From: Patescibacteria group bacterium
Lineage (GTDB): Bacteria > Patescibacteriota > Minisyncoccia > Moranbacterales > UBA2206
NCBI GenBank assembly: GCA_022709735.1
Contig: JAKLIG010000005.1
Span: 5,884 to 69,883 of the forward strand
DNA: 64,000 bases
Reading direction: 5' to 3'
Notes under the pieces: generated by a model
The model's input: the letters and a program-made list of their open reading frames with translations, nothing else
Database searches by the model: none
What the model was told of the DNA's origin: nothing
Shown: piece after piece, positions 1 to 11,478 of the stretch
Numbering within the stretch: position 1 is the stretch's first letter
Layout of the letters: the number at the start of each line of letters is the position of its first letter
Program-made: the position numbers and the translations under genes

Positions 1-614
1 TGATTTTTTTCCAAGAATTTTTGGAAAACTTTGGCGCCATAAAGCACTGAAAGAAAAATATAATTATGCGAAGAATATAAATCTTGGACTGAAACAGAAA
101 ATTCATCCGTCAAAAAATGATTGAAACAAATGCGATTGGCAATTTTATTTTTGTGCCTTCTTCGGCCAAAAATTTGGACCAGCGCTGTTGCCAAAAGTCT
201 TCCGGTAAAAATTTTTCCGCGCTGAAAAATAATCAACAAATCAATATCGCTTCCATTTTTCGCGTTTTTCATTCCTACTCGGCCGGCGACCGCTATCATT
301 TTTACAAAAGGAACAAATTGTAACCAAAAAATAATCTTTCGCGCTTTCTTGAGCTTCCATTGCGAAATTTTATTCCTCTCAATTCTTTCTTCAACTAAAT
401 TTTTTCGATCTTTTAAGAAATAAAACCCGCGATATTCAGAGACATACTTTTTAATTTCTTCAGTTTCTAAAATTTTTAAAACTTCCGTCAAAGATGTTTT
501 TTCGGCGTTTTGCGCTATCAAATATTTCCAAACTTCAAAAGCCGTCATCGGATAATCCAAAACATCGTAGTAAGTGATAGTGGAAAAAATATTTTTAGAA
601 AGACTATCTGCCAT
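1..614 (-). CDS. Hypothetical protein, partial (C-terminus lies beyond the window start)
   Basis: Reverse-strand ORF starting at ATG 614-612 (MADSLSKNIFSTITYYDVLDYPMTAFEVWKYL...) and running off the window edge, with an in-frame stop just upstream of the ATG. It is absent from the ORF track only because it is incomplete. I recognise no family. Confidence 0.5.
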   Translation of the reverse strand, partial: MADSLSKNIFSTITYYDVLDYPMTAFEVWKYLIAQNAEKTSLTEVLKILETEEIKKYVSEYRGFYFLKDRKNLVEERIERNKISQWKLKKARKIIFWLQFVPFVKMIAVAGRVGMKNAKNGSDIDLLIIFQRGKIFTGRLLATALVQIFGRRRHKNKIANRICFNHFLTDEFSVSVQDLYSSHNYIFLSVLYGAKVFQKFLEKN

Positions 615-735
615 AATTTTCAATGATCAATAATCAATTTACAATAAATCTGCAATTACCAATTTTCAATTGAAAATTATTTCATTAAAACATTGAAAAT
701 TGATTGAAAATTGTAAATTGAAAATTGAAAATTTC

Positions 736-3525
736 TCATAGGTATTTTCCAGTCCAGCTTCGTTTGCATTTTTTAAGCCCAACTGGAAATCCGGCATAAA
801 CTATTTCTCCACCTCCCCTTCCGCCTTCCGGCCCGAGATCAATTACCCAATCAGAATTTTTGACCACATCAGAATTATGCTCGACTACAATCACTGAATT
901 GCCTTTTTCTACGAGCGCATCCAAAACTTTCAAAAGTTTTTTGACATCTTCAAAATGAAGGCCAATTGTCGGCTCGTCTAAAATATACAAAGTTTTTCCG
1001 GTTGATTTTCGGGAAAGTTCCGCCGCTAATTTTATCCTCTGCGCTTCCCCGCCAGAAAGATTAGTTGCACTTTGCCCGAGTTTCAGATATCCCAATCCGA
1101 CTTCTTCCAGTGTTCGAAGTTTTTCCGCAATGAGCGGAGATTTTTTGAAAAATCTTAGCGCATAAGAAACGCTCATATCCAAAACTTGGGCAATGCTCAC
1201 CCCTTGATATTCAATATCCAAAGTTTTTTGATTATACCTGGTTCCTTGGCACGATTCGCACTTCACATACATATCCGGCAAAAGATGCATTTCAATTTTT
1301 TTTGTTCCATCTCCTTGGCACTGTTCGCATCGTCCACCTTTCATATTGAAACTAAATCGGCTGGCATCATAATTTCGATTTTTTGCTTCTTCGGTTGAAG
1401 CAAAAATTTCGCGAATAAGCGAAAAAACTCCGGTATAAGTGGCGGCGTTAGACCTAGGCGTCCGACCGATCGGACTTTGATCAACATTAATTACCTTGTC
1501 AATAAAATTCAAACCGGTTATTTTTTTATGTTTTCCGGGAATTTCTTTGGAACGAAAAAAATGCGCCGAAAGAGCTTTGGCTAAGACGTCAGAAATCAAA
1601 GTAGATTTTCCCGAGCCGGAAACACCCGTGATTGCCACAAATCTTCCCAGTGGAATTTCCACATCAATATTTTTCAAATTATGCTCGCTGGCAGAAATTA
1701 TTTTCAAATATTTTTGAGATTTTACGCGCGGTTTCTTTTTTTGAGAAATTTTTTCCCGACCGCTTAAAAAACAAGCGGTTTTAGTTTTGGAAGCTTTGAG
1801 CTTTTTCACATCTCCTTCAAAAATAATCCGGCCTCCTTCTTCACCGGCCCCCGGACCCATATCAATTATCCAATCCGCTTTTTCAATAATATCCTTGTCG
1901 TGCTCCACTACAATCAATGAATTTCCATTGTCTCTCAAAAATCGCATCGTTTGAATAAGTTTTTCCGTGTCCCGATTATGAAGACCGACTGACGGCTCGT
2001 CCAAAACATAAATTATTCCGGAAAGCTCCGAACTGATTTGCGTAGCGAGCCTGATTCTTTGCCCTTCTCCGCCAGAAATAGAATTGGCCCCGCGGAAAAG
2101 TTCCAAATATTCCAGACCGACATTTTTGAGCGCCTCCGCCTTCCCTTCCATTTCTTTGATGAGCGGGGCTGTTATTTCTTTTTTTGCTTCACTCATCGGT
2201 TCAACTGCCAAAGTTTTCAGAAAATTCAAAAAAGAATCTATGTCCAACTTCGCGATATCATCAATGGATTTTCCGGAAATCAAAACCGACAAATATTCTT
2301 TTTTCAATCTTTTGCCAAGACATTCCGAGCAAACCTTCTCCCGCATATATTTTTCAATTTCTTTTTTGAATGTGAAAGAAGATGATTCCTCATATTTATC
2401 CTTGATAAGAGAAACTACTCCCGGAAAAGAAATGCCCGCTTCTTCGTCTTTTAGTCCGTGAAAAATTATTTCTAAATTTTCCAGCGCTATTTTTTTTATC
2501 GGGTCATCCAAAGAAAAGCCTTTTTTTCTGCCTATTTTTTCCAAAACATCCAGATAATTTCCTTCGCTTCTTGTTCTTCCACCAAGTTTAGAAAGAGGCA
2601 ATACAGCGCCTTCCGAAAGAGACAGGTTTTTATTCGGAACGATGAGTTCCTCGTCTATTTCCTGAACAATTCCAAGCCCGGCGCAATGATCACAAGCACC
2701 TTCCGGACTGTTGAACGAAAAATGTTTGGGCGTAATTTCTGAAATTTTGAAAAAACAATTACTGCAGACAAAATCCCGATTATATATCCGGCTTTCTCCA
2801 TTGTCGATGCTCACCGCCATAAAACCTTTGCCGAGCTTGAATGCGGTTTCAATCGAATCCAAAATTCTTTCTTTGTCCGGATTTTTTTTCTTGAAAGTTA
2901 TTCGATCGACAACAATTTCCACATTGCCATTTAACAATTCTTCGGTGCTTGCCAGCGCTTCCGCGATAAGAATTGTCCGCCCGTTTATTTTTGCCCGCGC
3001 ATATCCTAATTGGCTGATATTTTTCAAAATTTCCCGAATATTTTTTCCATCCGGTCGAATTCTGGCCAGAATAGCTATTTGCGTATTATCCGGCGATTCT
3101 AAAATTTCGCCGATTATTTCCTGATTTTTTTTCCGCGCCATCGGCAATCGGCAATGCGGACAATATGGCAAGCCGGTTTTAGCAAACAAAATTCTAAGAT
3201 AATCATAAATTTCCGTCATTGTTCCAACTGTTGAACGAGGAGAACGGCTCAAACTTTTTTGATCAATCGAAATTGTCGGACTCAAATTTTCAATTTTGTC
3301 TGCATCGGGTTTGGCGGAAATTTCCAAAAATTGGCGAGCATAACTCGACAGAGATTCCAAATATCTTCGGTTGCCTTCCGCATTGATCACATCAAAAGCC
3401 AAGGTAGATTTTCCGCTCCCGGAAAGTCCGGTAATGACCACCAGTTTGTCGCGCGGAATTTCCACGCTTATATTTTTGAGATTATTCACTCTGGCGCCGG
3501 TAATTTTTATTTTGTCTTTTCTCAT
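736..3525 (-). CDS. uvrA: Excinuclease ABC subunit A (UvrA), full-length copy 1
   Basis: 940-aa ORF with two ABC ATPase modules (Walker [14 protein letters not shown] and [10 protein letters not shown]) and zinc-finger CxxC pairs. UvrA hallmarks [13 protein letters not shown] and LDEPSVGLH are present. The likely start is the internal [19 protein letters not shown] (3525) rather than 3558. Confidence 0.93.
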   Translation of the reverse strand: MRKDKIKITGARVNNLKNISVEIPRDKLVVITGLSGSGKSTLAFDVINAEGNRRYLESLSSYARQFLEISAKPDADKIENLSPTISIDQKSLSRSPRSTVGTMTEIYDYLRILFAKTGLPYCPHCRLPMARKKNQEIIGEILESPDNTQIAILARIRPDGKNIREILKNISQLGYARAKINGRTILIAEALASTEELLNGNVEIVVDRITFKKKNPDKERILDSIETAFKLGKGFMAVSIDNGESRIYNRDFVCSNCFFKISEITPKHFSFNSPEGACDHCAGLGIVQEIDEELIVPNKNLSLSEGAVLPLSKLGGRTRSEGNYLDVLEKIGRKKGFSLDDPIKKIALENLEIIFHGLKDEEAGISFPGVVSLIKDKYEESSSFTFKKEIEKYMREKVCSECLGKRLKKEYLSVLISGKSIDDIAKLDIDSFLNFLKTLAVEPMSEAKKEITAPLIKEMEGKAEALKNVGLEYLELFRGANSISGGEGQRIRLATQISSELSGIIYVLDEPSVGLHNRDTEKLIQTMRFLRDNGNSLIVVEHDKDIIEKADWIIDMGPGAGEEGGRIIFEGDVKKLKASKTKTACFLSGREKISQKKKPRVKSQKYLKIISASEHNLKNIDVEIPLGRFVAITGVSGSGKSTLISDVLAKALSAHFFRSKEIPGKHKKITGLNFIDKVINVDQSPIGRTPRSNAATYTGVFSLIREIFASTEEAKNRNYDASRFSFNMKGGRCEQCQGDGTKKIEMHLLPDMYVKCESCQGTRYNQKTLDIEYQGVSIAQVLDMSVSYALRFFKKSPLIAEKLRTLEEVGLGYLKLGQSATNLSGGEAQRIKLAAELSRKSTGKTLYILDEPTIGLHFEDVKKLLKVLDALVEKGNSVIVVEHNSDVVKNSDWVIDLGPEGGRGGGEIVYAGFPVGLKKCKRSWTGKYL

Positions 3526-3632
3526 AAAAAATAAAATTGGAAAAATTAATTTAAACAAGCATTCTGGGTATTAATCTTACAGGAAATTTTTGAATTTGTC
3601 CACCCCCGCACTAAAATTGTTTTGCAAAGAAA

Positions 3633-3683
3633 AAAGCTCAACTTTAATGAATATTTTTAAGCATTTCAAAAAGTTGAGCTTTA
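3633..3683. terminator. Perfect 13-bp inverted repeat (AAAGCTCAACTTT ... AAAGTTGAGCTTT) flanked by T-runs on both strands; bidirectional terminator between the surface-protein operon and uvrA
   Basis: Read directly from the sequence. Confidence 0.55.
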
Positions 3684-3772
3684 AGATTTTTTTATATTCT
3701 ATACTTCACTTTTTCATTTTTCTTCGTGTCTCATGTTTCCTGCTTCATAATTCCTAATTCATAATTCATAAT

Positions 3773-6433
3773 TTACGGCGCCACTTCCTGCCAAGTACAG
3801 TCTTTTGTGCCAGTGCAAGTTATTGTTGGATTACATCCATCAGTATAATTTCCCACACAATGAGTTGCTCTGTCAGAATCAGAACATTCAGAATAGCCTG
3901 GATTTGGATTACAAGGCACTGAACTATCCGATGGCTTATCTCCTGAGCAACAAGCTTCTGGTGCCGTATTACCACCTGCCGTCAAACATATTGATGTTTG
4001 TGTTTGTGTTCCATTTGTACAAGTTCCAATACAACTACCATTTGGAATCCATCCCCAATTAGCACCTGCTGGACATATAGAAGCCTCACAAAAAGGAGAT
4101 TTTTTGCCTTCATACAATCCCAGACACTCCCATCGTGACGGACTCCCAACAGAAGGAAATGCAGGAAAAGGAGGGCCAACAGGGCTAATAGTTCCTTTGC
4201 TACAAAATGTATCCGTTCCAAAAACAGTTGCTGAAGCTGGATAAACTTTAGAAGCTGTTCCACATTCTCCATCCACTGGCGTAGCTGCTGCTTCTCTGGA
4301 AGCAGAACAATTCCCACTATCGATCCCGCCATAAATTCCAAAACACTTCCAGGTTACCGTTTGGCCCGGCTCGGGAAAACTCGGAGAATTAGCGCCAATA
4401 ATTCCCGACTGACAAAGTGAATAAGGGTTAAAGACGGTTGCCGAATAAGGATAAATCTTTCCGTTAGCACTGCCACAAGCACCATTTACCGGGGTACAAT
4501 TATCTCTTCTAGCTCTACAACTAGCAACGGCCCCTCCATACAAGCCTGAACAAGTCCAACTTAATGTTCTTCCATAAGTAGGAAAATTATTTTTATCTAT
4601 AAGATAATCATAGCTGGGGGTTGAACTTCCAACACTACAAAAAAAAGGACATATGCCAGGAAATTCAGTTTCGCCACAAGCATAAAATCTAGAAAGTGAA
4701 CTGCATTCTCCGGGAACTGGATGAATTGAAACCGAGTAATATGCATATGTATATATTGAATCGATTAATTCTTTGCTTGAATTATATACATTAGCCAAAA
4801 GATAAAAAGCATAATTTCCCACTGAAGATTGAGCAGTAAAATGAATCGGAGATGTGCCATTCCAAGACTTATTATTAACTTTCAAACTAACCATTGTTCC
4901 TCCAGGAAGAGATGTATTGCCTTTTATACTATAATGACCGTCTTCACTAGGAATATAATCAGCCTTATTTAAAACAAAACTGTAGCTGAATTGGATTCCG
5001 TTTTTATTATAATCCAGCCAATAAGTTGTGGCTTTTGCCTTGTTAATATTTACGAAAAAGAATGAAGAAAAAATAATACCTACCAGAAAAATCAGAAATT
5101 TTCCATTTCTTCTCTTTTTCAGAAGCCCAATATATATCATCACAACAAAAAATAGCGCAATAATTAAAATAATCAGAATAATTTTCGGCCAATTTTTATT
5201 AGCTATTTTATTTTTTTCTTTTTGGGGAGCAAGATTTTTAGCAGATTGGATACTTGGAGAAGAAACTGTCAAATTCTCACTAGCTAAAATATTTCCGCCC
5301 TCTCCCTTAATGGATAACTTAATTTGAGGATTGAGACATTCTGAAGTGATAGGAATTTCCAAATTTAAGCTGGAGTTAGCTGAATCAATTTTTTTAGATA
5401 CTAAGGCGGAACAATCGCTTTTTTCATTAGCGATCTTAAATTCTGCCAGAAAATTTTGAGAATTGGAAGACACTCCCGTCCAAAGCAAATTTATCTTGGC
5501 TATATCCCCTTTTTGATAGAAATCTTTATCCAATTTTATATTTTGAATAATCGCCATATCGCCTTTCAAAATATATCGGAAAATTATTTTATTGGAAAAA
5601 TCTTGTCCGTCTTTTTTGAGCGTTAAAATATCCAGATATTCCTGGGGAGTGTTAGCCTTGGGAATATTCATAGTAATATTTTTTTTCTCTCCCGAAGACA
5701 GTATTATAGGAAAATTTCCATCAATTTCTTGATCTGCCACCAAACCACCATAATCAATTTTTTGTGTTTCAAAAACCGGAATAAGCGTTATTTTTTCTTT
5801 TGCTTGATTTTGAACTGTGCAATTAAGCAACAGAGCGTCATCGTTTTCTAAAATAATATTTTGAATATTTTGCGACAATGAGAATTTTTCGGAAAATTTA
5901 CCTTCACCATTTTTTGTTTGCAAAAAACAGCTGACTGGATCAATAAAAACCATCGCCACAGATTGGCTTAATTTCAAATCTCCTACTTTTTCAAAAGCAT
6001 ATAACAATCCGGAAGGACTCTTAGCCTTGATCCAAAGCTGAAAATTCCCAGCTAAATTGCTTGGTGCGATATATTCAATTTCTTTAGTAATACTTTGCTT
6101 TGGCAAAAGAGTTATTGAATCAGAAAAAGCTTTAAAATCAATAATACTGTTGGTTTTATCTTTATTCTCTCTAGTAAGTTCGAAAGAATAATTTATTCCC
6201 GGCTGGACAACGCTGTCATCATTTGTGAGTTTGAAACTTGCCCGAAGGCTGTTTTTATTTTGAGAAATTACCTTAACATTACTAATATTCACATCTGCCA
6301 CAGGTATCGTTTCAGCTTCAGATGAAAAAGCAGTTTCTTCTGCCACTGGCAAAGTTTCCGCCGAGCAAACACTAAAAAATCCCGTCGAAAAAAGACCGAG
6401 CGTAGCAACAGTGAAAATAAATATTTTTTTCAT
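3773..6433 (-). CDS. Cys-rich surface protein paralog P1 (signal peptide, ectodomain, TM hairpin, Cys-repeat C-domain ending ...CTWQEVAP)
   Basis: 886 aa. N-terminal signal peptide MKKIFIFTVATLGLFSTGFFSVCSA. Central hydrophobic helix, KKRRNGK loop, second hydrophobic helix, then NINKAKA. C-terminal region holds three tandem ~45-aa Cys modules (CG.A.GK.YP.SATVF....C..G.......FP..G....W.C.G.YGG). The N-domain aligns with P3. Confidence 0.75.
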   Translation of the reverse strand: MKKIFIFTVATLGLFSTGFFSVCSAETLPVAEETAFSSEAETIPVADVNISNVKVISQNKNSLRASFKLTNDDSVVQPGINYSFELTRENKDKTNSIIDFKAFSDSITLLPKQSITKEIEYIAPSNLAGNFQLWIKAKSPSGLLYAFEKVGDLKLSQSVAMVFIDPVSCFLQTKNGEGKFSEKFSLSQNIQNIILENDDALLLNCTVQNQAKEKITLIPVFETQKIDYGGLVADQEIDGNFPIILSSGEKKNITMNIPKANTPQEYLDILTLKKDGQDFSNKIIFRYILKGDMAIIQNIKLDKDFYQKGDIAKINLLWTGVSSNSQNFLAEFKIANEKSDCSALVSKKIDSANSSLNLEIPITSECLNPQIKLSIKGEGGNILASENLTVSSPSIQSAKNLAPQKEKNKIANKNWPKIILIILIIALFFVVMIYIGLLKKRRNGKFLIFLVGIIFSSFFFVNINKAKATTYWLDYNKNGIQFSYSFVLNKADYIPSEDGHYSIKGNTSLPGGTMVSLKVNNKSWNGTSPIHFTAQSSVGNYAFYLLANVYNSSKELIDSIYTYAYYSVSIHPVPGECSSLSRFYACGETEFPGICPFFCSVGSSTPSYDYLIDKNNFPTYGRTLSWTCSGLYGGAVASCRARRDNCTPVNGACGSANGKIYPYSATVFNPYSLCQSGIIGANSPSFPEPGQTVTWKCFGIYGGIDSGNCSASREAAATPVDGECGTASKVYPASATVFGTDTFCSKGTISPVGPPFPAFPSVGSPSRWECLGLYEGKKSPFCEASICPAGANWGWIPNGSCIGTCTNGTQTQTSICLTAGGNTAPEACCSGDKPSDSSVPCNPNPGYSECSDSDRATHCVGNYTDGCNPTITCTGTKDCTWQEVAP

Positions 6434-6456
6434 TTTATTTTTATCTCCTTAAAAAA

Positions 6457-9024
6457 TTACGGCGCGACTTCCCGCCAATCACCAGAAGAATCAGAAAAAC
6501 CAGGATGGCCGGGAGAACAAGGACATGGAATTGAGCGACTACAATCGTTACATCGAGATTGTGGTAGTAAGGTGCCATTAGTGCTAACACACATATCCTG
6601 TACATCAACACCGCACTGACTTGGAGAACAAGTTGCCTTAATGCAACTAGGCAGTCCTTCAGGTGTTTCACCTTTATACCATTGGCATCCTATTATATTC
6701 GAACATTGACTGGAATTTTCTACCTCTGTCCAGGGAGTATCTTTTGTTAGCCCCGACTCGGTGTTGAGACATTTATTCTTGGGAAGCATAGGAGCTTCGC
6801 CCAAACATATAAAAGGAGCAACCGGTTCACGAACCACAATCATCCAAGAAACTGAGCATCCAGAAATAGGAGAAGCCGTCATGCTGTCCATTTTGTAAAA
6901 TCCGGCTTTATCGTTTTCACTCTTCTTTTCACCCTCTTCATACATCTGCCAAAAACCAGCCACAATTTTAGGTGTAACTGTCGGAAAATTAGCTGTTAAT
7001 ATTGCTATTCCGGGTTTCTTCGCAATACAATTTAATCCATTGCAAGATATCACGCTCGAATCGCTTGATTCAATGCTCCCGGCAACCGGCATCTTGTCAA
7101 AAACATTTAAATAGCCATAATGATCTTCCGTTTTTTCTTCTATTTCTTTTTGCAGTTTTTCAATTTGAGATCTTAAGGTCTCTATTCTTTTTTCTTGCTT
7201 TTGTTTGGCTGTCCCTGGCTCTTCTATTAGATTGTTTAATTCCTTTTCTAAATCAGATTGATATCTTTTTAGCAATTGTTCTTTATCTATGGAATAAAAT
7301 TTAAAATATTTATTTCCAGCGCTTCCGTCATCTATCGCCTTTTTTAGTATGGCTGACATTTCATCTGACGATTTATCCGTCCATTCTCCATACGGCGTAT
7401 CCCACGCTCCTCCGGATGCGTTGTAAGAAAGAAGTTCCGGAAGATAAGAAAAATTTATTGGATTGTTTATTTCAACAATATAATTTCCCGCTGTCATTTC
7501 CATATTGTGCGTCATATTGAAATCGAAATTAAATTTTGCGTCAGATCCAAAAAGTTCGAAAGCAATTGATTCTCCATTGTTTTCCGAACAAGTTTTTCCG
7601 TTATATCCTCCCAGCGCTTTATTCGGATTTGCAATCAGCATTCCAGAACTGATAAGCAAGAAAATGATAACGCTTCTAATTCCCATCCTTTTATTTCTAA
7701 AGAAAATAATAAGAATAACGGAAATTATAATCAAAAGAATTGTTACAAGCATTATTTTCACGCGCTTGGCCGTTTTTTGGTCTTCCATCATTTTGGAAAT
7801 TGTCGAAACAAAACATTTGTCTTTGTTGATTTTGTTACAATCGTAAACTGTTTCATATTCATCAACCATTTCATTCTTATCATTATTCATCGCGGCCCTT
7901 AGTTTTATATAATCATAATTTTTTTTCGCTGTAATATCTTTTTTGCCGGCCATCATTGCGCTGGTAATATTACCTTGATATTCCAACTTATCAATCAAGT
8001 TATCGTTTTTGTCATAAAGGCTTAGTGTAATTTTATTACTGGGCGAAACAACATCAGCCGTATTGTGGAAACAGGAAAAAAGAGTGAACTCATCATTTTC
8101 TTTCACAGGAAATTTGGTAATGGCCGGATAATTGAGTCTTGAGTGAATTTGCTTGCTCGAAAGACGGATGTTCACTATGGATTTTTCATTTTCCGAAATA
8201 GCTGTGATTTTTAGAAAATAGACGGAATCATTCATCTCATCAATGGCATAAGATAAGTTTTTTGATTCACCGGCTGGAATGGTAATTTCTTCTGTTTTAG
8301 ATGTAATCTTGTCTTTTTCATCCAGACTGTCCCAAAAATATAGATCATAAATAACCACCGCTTCCTTATCTTTTTCGTAAGTATTGTTAATCGGCTGAAT
8401 TATTTCCGCTTTTTGACCGGCTTTGATTTCCGGCCAGTTGCCGATATGCCTATATTTTTCGCCATTGACTTGAGTTTTTGATCTGTCAAAAAAAATAGAG
8501 GAATTATTATCAGAATTTATTTTGAAATTAGCCAGACCAGCTACAATTTCATTAGTGAAGGGCAATCCGCCGAGATTGAATTTTTTTCCAACAGAAAAAA
8601 AGAAATCCGCTCGGTATTCCCCGGCTTTGACATTTTCAGGAGCTGTCCAATTAAATTCCACCGCTTTGGTTTCTTTGGCATCAAGGCTAATGTCTTTTAC
8701 GGCAATGAGCTCGTCAATATTAAATTGGCCTTCTTTGGCATAATTTGGATTTTTTTCTGAAATCCTGACAAAAACATTGCCATCCACTACCGGATAATCA
8801 TTCTTGTTGGTAATCTCACCTTTGAATGTCACGGTTTCGCCGGAATTATATTCTCCTTTCTCTGTTCCCAAACTTACCTGAACGCTTTGGAATTTATAAT
8901 AATCAAAACAATCAACGCTGGAAGAATTTGTATCGATTTCTCCTTCTGCGCGAGCGTTCAAAGCCAAAACCGTTAGACCTAAAATTGTTAGCGCCAGGCT
9001 AATTAGAATTTTTTCTTTTCTCAT
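6457..9024 (-). CDS. Cys-rich surface protein paralog P2 (same architecture, different ectodomains, coiled-coil segment, ends ...GDWREVAP)
   Basis: 855 aa with a signal peptide, a central helix / RNKRMGIRS loop / helix, a Cys-rich C-terminal ~120 aa, and the same extreme C-terminal tail. Confidence 0.7.
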   Translation of the reverse strand: MRKEKILISLALTILGLTVLALNARAEGEIDTNSSSVDCFDYYKFQSVQVSLGTEKGEYNSGETVTFKGEITNKNDYPVVDGNVFVRISEKNPNYAKEGQFNIDELIAVKDISLDAKETKAVEFNWTAPENVKAGEYRADFFFSVGKKFNLGGLPFTNEIVAGLANFKINSDNNSSIFFDRSKTQVNGEKYRHIGNWPEIKAGQKAEIIQPINNTYEKDKEAVVIYDLYFWDSLDEKDKITSKTEEITIPAGESKNLSYAIDEMNDSVYFLKITAISENEKSIVNIRLSSKQIHSRLNYPAITKFPVKENDEFTLFSCFHNTADVVSPSNKITLSLYDKNDNLIDKLEYQGNITSAMMAGKKDITAKKNYDYIKLRAAMNNDKNEMVDEYETVYDCNKINKDKCFVSTISKMMEDQKTAKRVKIMLVTILLIIISVILIIFFRNKRMGIRSVIIFLLISSGMLIANPNKALGGYNGKTCSENNGESIAFELFGSDAKFNFDFNMTHNMEMTAGNYIVEINNPINFSYLPELLSYNASGGAWDTPYGEWTDKSSDEMSAILKKAIDDGSAGNKYFKFYSIDKEQLLKRYQSDLEKELNNLIEEPGTAKQKQEKRIETLRSQIEKLQKEIEEKTEDHYGYLNVFDKMPVAGSIESSDSSVISCNGLNCIAKKPGIAILTANFPTVTPKIVAGFWQMYEEGEKKSENDKAGFYKMDSMTASPISGCSVSWMIVVREPVAPFICLGEAPMLPKNKCLNTESGLTKDTPWTEVENSSQCSNIIGCQWYKGETPEGLPSCIKATCSPSQCGVDVQDMCVSTNGTLLPQSRCNDCSRSIPCPCSPGHPGFSDSSGDWREVAP

Positions 9025-9109
9025 TTTATTTATTTATATTTTTTATATTTTACTTTTTCATTTTGCTCCACGTCTCATACTTCCTAATTCATAATTCATA
9101 CTTCAGCAT

Positions 9110-11464
9110 TTACGGTGCCACTTCCTGCCAAGTGCAGTCTTTAGTGCCAGGTCCGCAATTATCATGTGATGGACATTTACTAATATAATCTTGACCTATG
9201 CAAGTATTAGCCCTACCGACAGGGCAACTATCGTTACAACAACTTTTAGTTCCTCCTGTGCATGATCCACAATTATTGCTAGACATCCATGTCTCTGTTG
9301 TGCAATGAGCAGAGGGATCGCCACAAACCGGAGTGCATGAACTAGCAGAAATAAATTCAGCTATTAAGGTTTTATTAGAGCTATTAACATGAATGTTGCA
9401 AACGAAATAATCTCCCGTAACACTTGTGCACAAATCGCTATCCCATCCGGCAAAAGTTGATCCGCTGTCAGGAGTAGCAGTTAATTCAACTGAAGTTGGA
9501 ACAGCAGAGCTAATATTTGCAGAACTTGTAGTACAAGTTGATCCGCAATTAATTATATCTTCATATTTATAATTTCTCCATTGCTTTCCGGATACTGTTC
9601 CCGTTCCACTGCCACTTTTATTTATGGTTAGCTTATAATAAGGAACTACATCATAACCCAAATAACCGCTATCATCATAGCATTCTTTTCTCTCATAGAT
9701 ATTATCATATACACATACATGCAACTTGACCTCTATTTCATAATGACCTTTTTTTGTCGGTGCTGAAAATCTATAAATCCCAGTGCTATGATTCATATCA
9801 GCAACTTTACGGTTGTCAATATATAGTTCAGCATCTGACAATGAAGTCCCTGTTGGCAAAGAATATGTCCCACCTGCATAAATTCGACCATAAACCTTGA
9901 TTTCTTCTCCCGGTTCATATTCAAATAAATCAACATCCGCATTTCCAAAAACGCCTATACAGGAAGGAAGGGAGGACATTATTGTTACATAATCCCCTGC
10001 TTTTGCGCTTTCCGTTTTAGCAAAAAATAAAGCTGGAGCTACAAAAAGAAAAACAAAAATAGTGAAAAATCCATTTCTGCCATTTTTTATCTTACGCCTA
10101 ATAACCCAAAGTAAAATTACCAGCCCTACCAAAATAATAATCAGCATGATAACTGATAATATTGTCCCAGTTGTTTCTGTTTTTTCCACTTGACTGTCTT
10201 CTTTTTTGTTTTCAATATCATTGGTATTTTCAATATTATTTTTTCTTTCCTGCGAAGTGAAAGATATTTTTTGATCAGTTATAACATCTCCTTTTTCATT
10301 TTTAATTATTATTTTAGCCTCAAATTCTTGGCAATCCCGGATTATGGGGATTTCCAAACTGGTCAAATTATTTTTGGAACTTAATTCTTTTTGAATAAGT
10401 TCGGAGCAAGGCTGATTTTTTTCGCCTATTATTTGCAAGGCTAGATAGGTCTTATTTTCTGGAATTTTTAGACTTATCTTGCGAGAATTATCATAGCTTG
10501 AAGAATTGGTTAAATAAGATCGAATGAAAGAAGCCTGAGCGATTTCTCCCTTTTTATAATTATCCTTGTCTAATTTAAAATTATTTATTGAAGCCCCTTG
10601 GCCGATTAAGGCATAATAAAATATTATTTTATTGGAAAAATCATTGCCCTCTTTTTGAAGAGTAAGCGCAGTTCCATAAATATGAGATAATTCAGCTTTC
10701 GGAACAATCAGGCTAACTTGTTTTTTTTCTCCGGCTGCCAAAGTTATCGGCAAATTGGAATTATTTTCTTGCTCGGAAGGTGAACCGGCATATCCATTTT
10801 CAAAAGTTTCAAACTTGGGATTTAGTGATATCTCTTGATTGAAATTATTCTTAATCAAACAATTCAAAATAAGATTTTCTTCGGCTTTCAAAACAACATT
10901 TTCATTGAGTGCATATTTTTTTCTCACATCATTATCTTCCTTTATCTGCAAATAACATTTGGAAGAATCGAGATAAGCCGATCGACTTGAATTTTTCAAA
11001 TTTAAATCACTTATCTTTTTAAAAGAAAAGGGCAAACCAAAGGAATTCCCAGCCTTAAGCCAAAGTTGATATTTTCCTTCCAAATAATCGGGAATATCAT
11101 ATTCGATTTGTCTAGATACGCTCTGATTGGGAGAAAGTGTTACAGCTTCCGGAAACATTTCATAATCAATAATTATTTGTTCTCCTTTTTTATTTTCTTG
11201 AACCAATTCAAAATAATATTTGGTTTCTGGCTGGACAAATTTGTCCTTATTCGTTAAATCAAAATTGATTTTCAACTTGTCCTCATCTTGAGAAACTATT
11301 TTAACATTTTGAAAAATCATCTTGGCTACCGTCGCATATGTTAGACTTTCGGGTTGTTCGCTAGCAGTTATAGCTTGAACATTGGCACCAAAAGAAAAAA
11401 TAGCCGAACTCACAAGTGTCAGTAATAACAAAACTAATAATATTTTTTTATTTTTTTTCTCCAT
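9110..11464 (-). CDS. Cys-rich surface protein paralog P3 (N-domain homologous to P1; C-domain has an InlB-B-repeat-like module; ends ...CTWQEVAP)
   Basis: Likely start MEKKNKKILLV at 11464. Signal peptide, central helix / RRKIKNGRNG loop / helix. Contains a module (INKSGSGTGTVSG...CGSTC...VELTATPDSGSTFAGWDSDLC...CNIHVNSSNKTLIAEF) resembling divergent InlB B-repeats. Shares the C-terminal tail and about 60 nt of 3' flank with P1. Confidence 0.72.
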   Translation of the reverse strand: MEKKNKKILLVLLLLTLVSSAIFSFGANVQAITASEQPESLTYATVAKMIFQNVKIVSQDEDKLKINFDLTNKDKFVQPETKYYFELVQENKKGEQIIIDYEMFPEAVTLSPNQSVSRQIEYDIPDYLEGKYQLWLKAGNSFGLPFSFKKISDLNLKNSSRSAYLDSSKCYLQIKEDNDVRKKYALNENVVLKAEENLILNCLIKNNFNQEISLNPKFETFENGYAGSPSEQENNSNLPITLAAGEKKQVSLIVPKAELSHIYGTALTLQKEGNDFSNKIIFYYALIGQGASINNFKLDKDNYKKGEIAQASFIRSYLTNSSSYDNSRKISLKIPENKTYLALQIIGEKNQPCSELIQKELSSKNNLTSLEIPIIRDCQEFEAKIIIKNEKGDVITDQKISFTSQERKNNIENTNDIENKKEDSQVEKTETTGTILSVIMLIIILVGLVILLWVIRRKIKNGRNGFFTIFVFLFVAPALFFAKTESAKAGDYVTIMSSLPSCIGVFGNADVDLFEYEPGEEIKVYGRIYAGGTYSLPTGTSLSDAELYIDNRKVADMNHSTGIYRFSAPTKKGHYEIEVKLHVCVYDNIYERKECYDDSGYLGYDVVPYYKLTINKSGSGTGTVSGKQWRNYKYEDIINCGSTCTTSSANISSAVPTSVELTATPDSGSTFAGWDSDLCTSVTGDYFVCNIHVNSSNKTLIAEFISASSCTPVCGDPSAHCTTETWMSSNNCGSCTGGTKSCCNDSCPVGRANTCIGQDYISKCPSHDNCGPGTKDCTWQEVAP

Positions 11465-11478
11465 TTCTAATTTTATCA

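Noticed and set aside
117-323. 68-aa plus-strand ORF at the window start
   Set aside because: It lies antisense within the partial minus-strand gene 1..614, which has a proper start and coherent sequence.
1186-3574. Numerous plus-strand ORFs of 60-140 aa inside uvrA (for example 2038..2385, 2084..2461, 2711..3124)
   Set aside because: They are antisense to a well-supported, highly conserved UvrA coding sequence, have low-complexity translations and no start context. The same applies to the antisense ORFs inside the second uvrA, uvrB, argG and the surface-protein genes.
3773-11464. Diversity-generating retroelement target (C-terminal variable repeat) in the surface-protein paralogs
   Set aside because: No reverse transcriptase gene and no template-repeat/variable-repeat pair differing at adenines could be found in the window. 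The C-terminal similarity is ordinary paralogy that includes the 3' flank.
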